Below are positions 62,701 to 64,000 of a stretch of DNA of 64,000 nucleotides, piece after piece. Position 1 is the stretch's first letter, and the number at the start of each line of letters is the position of its first letter. The notes beneath the pieces are model-generated. The model saw only the letters and a list, made by a program, of their open reading frames with translations, searched no databases and was not told the DNA's origin. Made by a program: the position numbers and the translations under genes. The stretch spans positions 23,684,001-23,748,000 of the forward strand of contig OX597823.1 in NCBI GenBank assembly GCA_951406725.2, read 5' to 3'. The DNA comes from Octopus vulgaris. Lineage: Eukaryota.

Positions 62701-64000
62701 GTAAATATATTGATTATTCTGTGTTCACCTTTTGTGGTGGAAGCCTGTAGTATGATACAAAAACATGTCTGTTTACATAGAAAGAAAGTTTTGATTTTTG
62801 CTTTTGCACTGAAAGAAGTAACATATAACATTTGTATTATATTATGTTTGCATGTGTAGAATGAGAACAGTCATTTTGAGAATGTGTTTGTGATAAAGTA
62901 TCTTCATTTACGAACCGCATATCTTGTGTCGAGGTGAATACACATGTGAGTCGCACGTGGAATATTGTGTGCAGAGCAACAGAGAAGACATTTGTCTTTG
63001 ACCAAAACCTGGCAGGAACTTAGATCTTCTACTGTGTAGCTCAGAACGAGGCTGGTGTCTCAGAACAAGGCTAGTGTATCAAAGCAAGGGTAGTTGTCTC
63101 ATCGATATATTCGTCTGCTGTGTAGGTCAACTTACATATTACCACGTAATATGTAGATTTGCTACAAATATTTTTAGCCAATGAGAGAACTCGTAGATTT
63201 TGTTAAGTTGTAGATTTTGTAAGCCACCAAATAAAAAGCCTTTACTACAAATCGATGCCATTTAGTGAGTATCATCAACTCCAGTTCTTCACTAATATTT
63301 TATGCTTTTGACCTCTGCAAGAATGAAAGGCAAAATTGATACTGGCTGGATTTAAACTGAATACATGAAATGCTTGAATACAAATCTTAAAGCATTTCTT
63401 TCAATTCTGACACCAACTTGTGTAGTTTTCCACTCAAAATGAAAGTGAATTTGTATTTGGTTTGCAGGGCAAAATGTTACATAATCAGTAAAGTAATGTC
63501 TTGCAGTGACTAGCCATATATAGTTACCTTCTTTTATATTCTGGATTCAAAGACCATCCGGATATATTCACCTTTCATTATTCAAAGGTTGATAAAATTA
63601 GGCCTAACCAAGTACTGAGTTTCATTTATTCATATTCATTCTGAATGCAAAATGTGTGGCTTTGCATTTGTATTAGAAACCATTTTCATAAATACTGTTT
63701 TTATCCACAATAATTATAATTATTCCTGTTGCTAAAGGTGATGCATTTGCAGAATCCGAGAACATCAGATAAAATGTGTGGTGGTATTTGTTTTGGCACT
63801 TCAGCTGCTAATTCCAATTCCTACTGATGTTAATTTTGCTATTGCTGGGCCAATAAATTAAAATAGCAGTCAAGCATAGAGGCCATATTTTGTTGATTAA
63901 CTCATACCTCAAAATTTTGTCCTTTCTAAGTTAGAGATTATTATTATTGTTATTCTTTTTGTCTTTTACATTCATCTAAACCTTACTTGAATTCCAGTTG
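2968..64000 (+). CDS. Internal part of a large multi-exon gene encoding tandem PAN/Apple and Sushi/CCP domains (likely extracellular); start and stop lie outside the window
   Basis: 15 complete AG..GT-bounded exons, all phase 1-1 and multiples of 3 in length. Joined in order they give 3141 nt with no stop (junction codons GTG,GTC,CCA,GGT,GAT,TCT,GTC,GTC,CCC,GTT,GAT,GAT,TCT,GTG). Cys patterns are conserved while introns are full of decayed TEs. Confidence 0.9.
3307..4174 (+). mobile_element. Rearranged mariner-family element with ~200-bp inverted ends
   Basis: Mariner HTH/linker residues ([25 protein letters not shown]). 3307-3512 is the reverse complement of ~3968-4174. The right arm encodes the transposase N-terminus on the minus strand ([13 protein letters not shown]). 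TA follows at 4175. Confidence 0.8.
4244..4494. repeat. Foldback hairpin of two inverted, decayed hammerhead-bearing units; duplicated at ~59170-59375
   Basis: ttttttaggaagtta pairs with taacttcctaaaaaa, and ttcgcacctataaagt with actttataggtgcgaa. At 4398-4457: GAGT-CTGAGGA-stem II-GAAG-TCAATGG-TC-ACTC. Confidence 0.7.
4730..5005 (+). mobile_element. Probable RTE-type LINE 3' end encoding two C2H2 zinc fingers
   Basis: 4770-4952 reads [21 protein letters not shown]...[23 protein letters not shown], followed by a short 3' UTR and an (AT)n tract. No upstream acceptor or start is evident. Confidence 0.6.
5004..5800. repeat. (AT)n/(AC)n and degenerate (GT)n/(GTAT)n low-complexity tracts
   Basis: Read directly from the sequence. 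Source of the spurious YI/CV/HT ORFs. Confidence 0.9.
6960..8095 (+). mobile_element. Decayed Tc1/mariner-superfamily transposon
   Basis: Frameshifted pieces: [16 protein letters not shown] (HTH), [29 protein letters not shown]. Boundaries approximate. Confidence 0.75.
8292..8462 (+). CDS. Exon B1: Sushi/CCP domain (171 nt)
   Basis: Acceptor catttccag|TG, donor AAAG|gtaata. VDCGPPKDI...[29 protein letters not shown] has 4 Cys and the conserved Trp. Confidence 0.92.
8979..9228. mobile_element. Tigger/pogo-like MITE
   Basis: TIRs CAGTAATCCCT / AGGGACTACTG, with TA on both sides. Absent from the paralogous intron near 61770. Confidence 0.8.
10255..10505 (+). mobile_element. RTE-clade LINE RT-thumb fragment
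   Basis: [30 protein letters not shown]. Confidence 0.7.
10506..11280 (+). mobile_element. Degenerate coding-like fragment, probably an unclassified DNA transposon
   Basis: [21 protein letters not shown] and downstream frameshifted Cys-containing pieces, with no splice structure. Family not identified. Confidence 0.35.
11342..11794. mobile_element. TA-flanked MITE (pogo/Tc1-mariner type)
   Basis: Imperfect TIRs CTGTATTTTCCGGTCTATAA / TTATACACTGAAAAATATGG, with TA on both sides. Confidence 0.6.
12152..12931 (+). mobile_element. Internally deleted mariner relic, same family as 40588-41822
   Basis: TIR CAAGGTGGTATCAAAAAGTT and a PYSPDLAP-coding segment (ccacctattcaccagatttagcacct). Confidence 0.75.
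12935..13390 (+). mobile_element. Two old tandem SINE relics just upstream of exon C1; repeated before C2, C3, C4 and C5
   Basis: Degenerate match to the 2100-2320 SINE (cagaatcattag..caaaatg..ttcaaatc..tttgctctt). Paralogues at ~22310-22760, 35260-35670, 48040-48530 and 63470-63950. Confidence 0.55.
13443..13679 (+). CDS. Exon C1: PAN/Apple domain type C (237 nt)
   Basis: Acceptor aatttcag|TC, donor GAAC|gtaatt. [28 protein letters not shown]...DYYQR. Confidence 0.9.
14900..17187 (-). mobile_element. Deleted LTR retrotransposon (Gypsy-like pol order RT, RNase H, integrase)
   Basis: RT pieces RLGFGLSS and CIDDILV. RNase [23 protein letters not shown]. Integrase H..H..C..C. Direct repeats ending 15063 and 17187 look like LTR edges. 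Left boundary approximate. Confidence 0.75.
17751..17984 (+). CDS. Exon A2: PAN/Apple domain type A (234 nt)
   Basis: Acceptor tttctccag|CA, donor CCAG|gtcagt. [28 protein letters not shown]...WDVYIVNP. Confidence 0.92.
18143..18177 (+). ncRNA. Minimal Penelope-type hammerhead ribozyme motif with one stem III mismatch
   Basis: GTTT-CTGATGA-AGAG TTCCG CTC-GAAAC-ATT-AAAC. Stem I is GTTT/AAAC. Confidence 0.6.
18290..19490 (-). mobile_element. Two adjacent SINE copies with (GAT)n tails and internal ~61-62-bp tandem repeats
   Basis: Shared core ggctggatgcccttcctaacgccaaccactcc and repeated ggcaaacggccacgaacggatggtgcttttacg. Same family at ~27150-27668, 29505-29703, 39370-39550, 42640-42845, 44925-45140 and 46665-46850. 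Confidence 0.75.
19600..20290 (+). mobile_element. Degenerate RLE-type LINE 3' fragment
   Basis: [27 protein letters not shown] and HNTPDI pieces. Homologous to 37330-38075. Confidence 0.65.
20590..20760 (+). CDS. Exon B2: Sushi/CCP domain (171 nt)
   Basis: Acceptor caatatcag|GT, donor AAAG|gtaaca. [11 protein letters not shown]...[30 protein letters not shown]. Confidence 0.9.
22803..23042 (+). CDS. Exon C2: PAN/Apple domain type C (240 nt)
   Basis: Acceptor aactctag|AT, donor AAAT|gtaaat. [28 protein letters not shown]. Confidence 0.9.
24885..24965. repeat. (CA)n microsatellite
   Basis: Read directly from the sequence. Confidence 0.95.
25174..26471 (+). mobile_element. Mariner relic with a nested Penelope-like fragment (~25270-25490)
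   Basis: TIRs CCAGGTTGAGT / ACCCAGCCTGG with TA flanks, and a [13 protein letters not shown] motif near 26184. A decayed minus-strand hammerhead lies at 25321-25360. Confidence 0.7.
26815..27045 (+). CDS. Exon A3: PAN/Apple domain type A (231 nt); absent from the ORF track
   Basis: Acceptor tttttttcag|CT, donor CCAG|gtcagt. Hand translation [14 protein letters not shown]...[32 protein letters not shown]...WDVYIIKP. Confidence 0.92.
28243..28445 (+). mobile_element. Helitron-like non-autonomous 5' end
   Basis: TCTCTATATATATAAAA start, a (GTCT)n microsatellite, then aaccaatttcattcaaatttt. This layout is typical of such elements. Confidence 0.45.
28450..29230 (+). mobile_element. Penelope-like element relic (GIY-YIG endonuclease) with an inverted segment
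   Basis: [42 protein letters not shown]. 28450-28549 is the reverse complement of 28891-28991. Confidence 0.8.
29406..30885. repeat. Very long (TA)n/(TATG)n microsatellite complex interrupted by SINE pieces
   Basis: Read directly from the sequence. Confidence 0.95.
31007..31115 (-). ncRNA. Antisense copy of the same type I hammerhead ribozyme
   Basis: Reverse complement of 31569-31677, with the core intact. Confidence 0.8.
31569..31677 (+). ncRNA. Type I hammerhead ribozyme with an intact core; predicted cleavage after GUA at 31671
   Basis: TCTTTA-CTGATGA-AGTGT...ACACC-GAAA-CGATGCATCG-TA-TAAAGA. Stem I is TCTTTA/TAAAGA, stem II is GTGT/ACAC with an ATGGTA/TACCAT extension, and stem III is the palindrome ACGATGCATCGT. 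Confidence 0.8.
31934..32550 (-). mobile_element. Helitron-like non-autonomous element 3' end
   Basis: Minus strand ends CACGGGCAACACCAGGTAACTCTGCTAG-T, a GC-rich hairpin relic followed by CTAG. Far boundary uncertain. Confidence 0.45.
32900..33835 (+). mobile_element. Tigger/pogo transposase pseudogene fragment
   Basis: [43 protein letters not shown] and [14 protein letters not shown]. Confidence 0.85.
33925..34151 (-). mobile_element. tRNA-derived SINE
   Basis: Minus-strand B-box GAGTTCAAATTCC and central gttgactttgcctttcatcctttc. Confidence 0.8.
34580..34631 (-). ncRNA. Penelope-type minimal hammerhead ribozyme motif
   Basis: Minus strand GTCT-CTGATGA-AGTGATATT..AATATCCTA-GAAA-CAGCTG-TA-AGAC. 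Stem III is the palindrome ACAGCTGT; the base of stem II is imperfect. Confidence 0.65.
34987..35157 (+). CDS. Exon B3: Sushi/CCP domain (171 nt)
   Basis: Acceptor cacttccag|TC, donor AAAG|gtaatg. [12 protein letters not shown]...[29 protein letters not shown]. Confidence 0.9.
35718..35957 (+). CDS. Exon C3: PAN/Apple domain type C (240 nt), very Lys-rich
   Basis: Acceptor aatttcag|TC, donor AAAC|gtaatt. [28 protein letters not shown]. Confidence 0.9.
37330..38075 (+). mobile_element. Degenerate RLE-type LINE 3' fragment
   Basis: [33 protein letters not shown] and KHNKPDIVV. Confidence 0.7.
38292..38525 (+). CDS. Exon A4: PAN/Apple domain type A (234 nt)
   Basis: Acceptor ttcttctag|CC, donor CCTG|gtcagt. 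[28 protein letters not shown]. Confidence 0.92.
40588..41822 (+). mobile_element. Near full-length mariner relic (~1.24 kb)
   Basis: TIRs TGAGGTGATATCAAAAAGTT / AACTTTTTGATACCACCTTG followed by TA. ITSDES and PYSPDLTP pieces, many stops. Confidence 0.85.
41900..42070 (+). CDS. Exon B4: Sushi/CCP domain (171 nt)
   Basis: Acceptor caattccag|TT, donor GAAG|gtaatg. [11 protein letters not shown]...[29 protein letters not shown]. Confidence 0.9.
44423..44593 (+). CDS. Exon B5: Sushi/CCP domain (171 nt)
   Basis: Acceptor caattacag|AT, donor AAAG|gtaatg. [11 protein letters not shown]...[30 protein letters not shown]. Confidence 0.9.
48579..48815 (+). CDS. Exon C4: PAN/Apple domain type C (237 nt)
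   Basis: Acceptor gactctag|AT, donor AAAT|gtaatt. [28 protein letters not shown]; closest to C2. Confidence 0.9.
49330..50190 (-). mobile_element. Degenerate mariner-like relic
   Basis: Minus-strand pieces resemble a mariner N-terminus and the catalytic region ([11 protein letters not shown]). Heavily decayed, boundaries approximate. Confidence 0.55.
50520..52925 (+). mobile_element. Degenerate Tx1/L1-type LINE (APE plus start of RT), interrupted by a solo LTR
   Basis: APE motif [18 protein letters not shown]-proximal [12 protein letters not shown] and ENF*PTTLLN. Confidence 0.7.
51102..51995. mobile_element. Solo LTR (894 bp)
   Basis: TG...CA ends with a 9-bp inverted repeat TGTAGTGGA/TCCACTACA, and a 4-bp TSD CATA at 51098-51101 and 51996-51999. 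Confidence 0.8.
53749..53979 (+). CDS. Exon A5: PAN/Apple domain type A (231 nt), near-copy of A1
   Basis: Acceptor ttttcccag|CT, donor CCAG|gtcagt. 11 nt differences from A1 by manual alignment. Confidence 0.92.
54097..59088 (+). mobile_element. Tigger/pogo transposon relic (transposase pseudogene ~57280-58790) with nested insertions
   Basis: [50 protein letters not shown] and [11 protein letters not shown]. Subterminal ttcgtggg repeats at both ends. Left boundary approximate. Confidence 0.75.
54663..56704. mobile_element. Possible hAT-like element nested in the Tigger relic
   Basis: CAGAGGTGGGCA / CACCCAGTTCTG degenerate ends, with subterminal ttaacttc / gaagttaa repeats. Confidence 0.4.
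59718..60800 (-). mobile_element. Mariner transposase relic
   Basis: ORF 59774-60211: [32 protein letters not shown]. End TTGGGTCATTGCATAAATAATGC abuts (TA)n. Confidence 0.85.
61120..61290 (+). CDS. Exon B6: Sushi/CCP domain (171 nt), near-copy of B1
   Basis: Acceptor catttccag|TG, donor AAAG|gtaatg. 11 nt differences from B1 by manual alignment. Confidence 0.92.
61960..63130 (-). mobile_element. Possible highly decayed Penelope-like relic with a hammerhead remnant
   Basis: Minus strand CTGACGA-AGGGAG...GAAACTGTC at ~62158-62245, with weak endonuclease-like coding remnants upstream. Confidence 0.35.
63998..64000 (+). CDS. First bases of predicted exon C5 (paralogue of C1), cut by the window edge
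   Basis: 63470-63997 aligns with the intron before C1 (12930-13442) and ends ...cttgaattccag|TTG at the equivalent acceptor. Confidence 0.65.

Noticed and set aside
53000-64000. Second A1/B1/C1 copy as an assembly artefact or allelic haplotype
   Set aside because: The introns are substantially diverged and contain different old TE insertions, so this is a true paralogous duplication.

Overview
AT-rich, microsatellite- and transposon-dense animal DNA. The SINE, Penelope and microsatellite style suggests a coleoid cephalopod such as Octopus (inference). The window lies inside one large + strand gene whose start and stop are outside it. I find 15 complete exons plus the acceptor of a 16th. Each exon encodes one domain and is flanked by phase-1 introns. 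The domains are two kinds of 4-Cys PAN/Apple domain (A, 231-234 nt; C, 237-240 nt) and a compact Sushi/CCP domain (B, 171 nt), in the order A B C A B C A B C A B B C A B (C). They splice into an uninterrupted 3141-nt (1047-codon) frame built by nested duplications: a 3-exon unit, a 6/7-exon unit and a ~50.8-kb 13-exon unit. Introns hold relics of RLE-type LINEs (Dong/R4-like), RTE, Tx1/L1, Penelope, Gypsy, mariner, Tigger/pogo, Helitron-like elements and tRNA-derived SINEs. A young ~1-kb insertion (30887-31907) is made of a ~482-nt circularly permuted, highly structured monomer carrying a type I hammerhead ribozyme with an intact core, present in both orientations (retrozyme or Penelope-derived). 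Several more decayed hammerheads lie in other introns.
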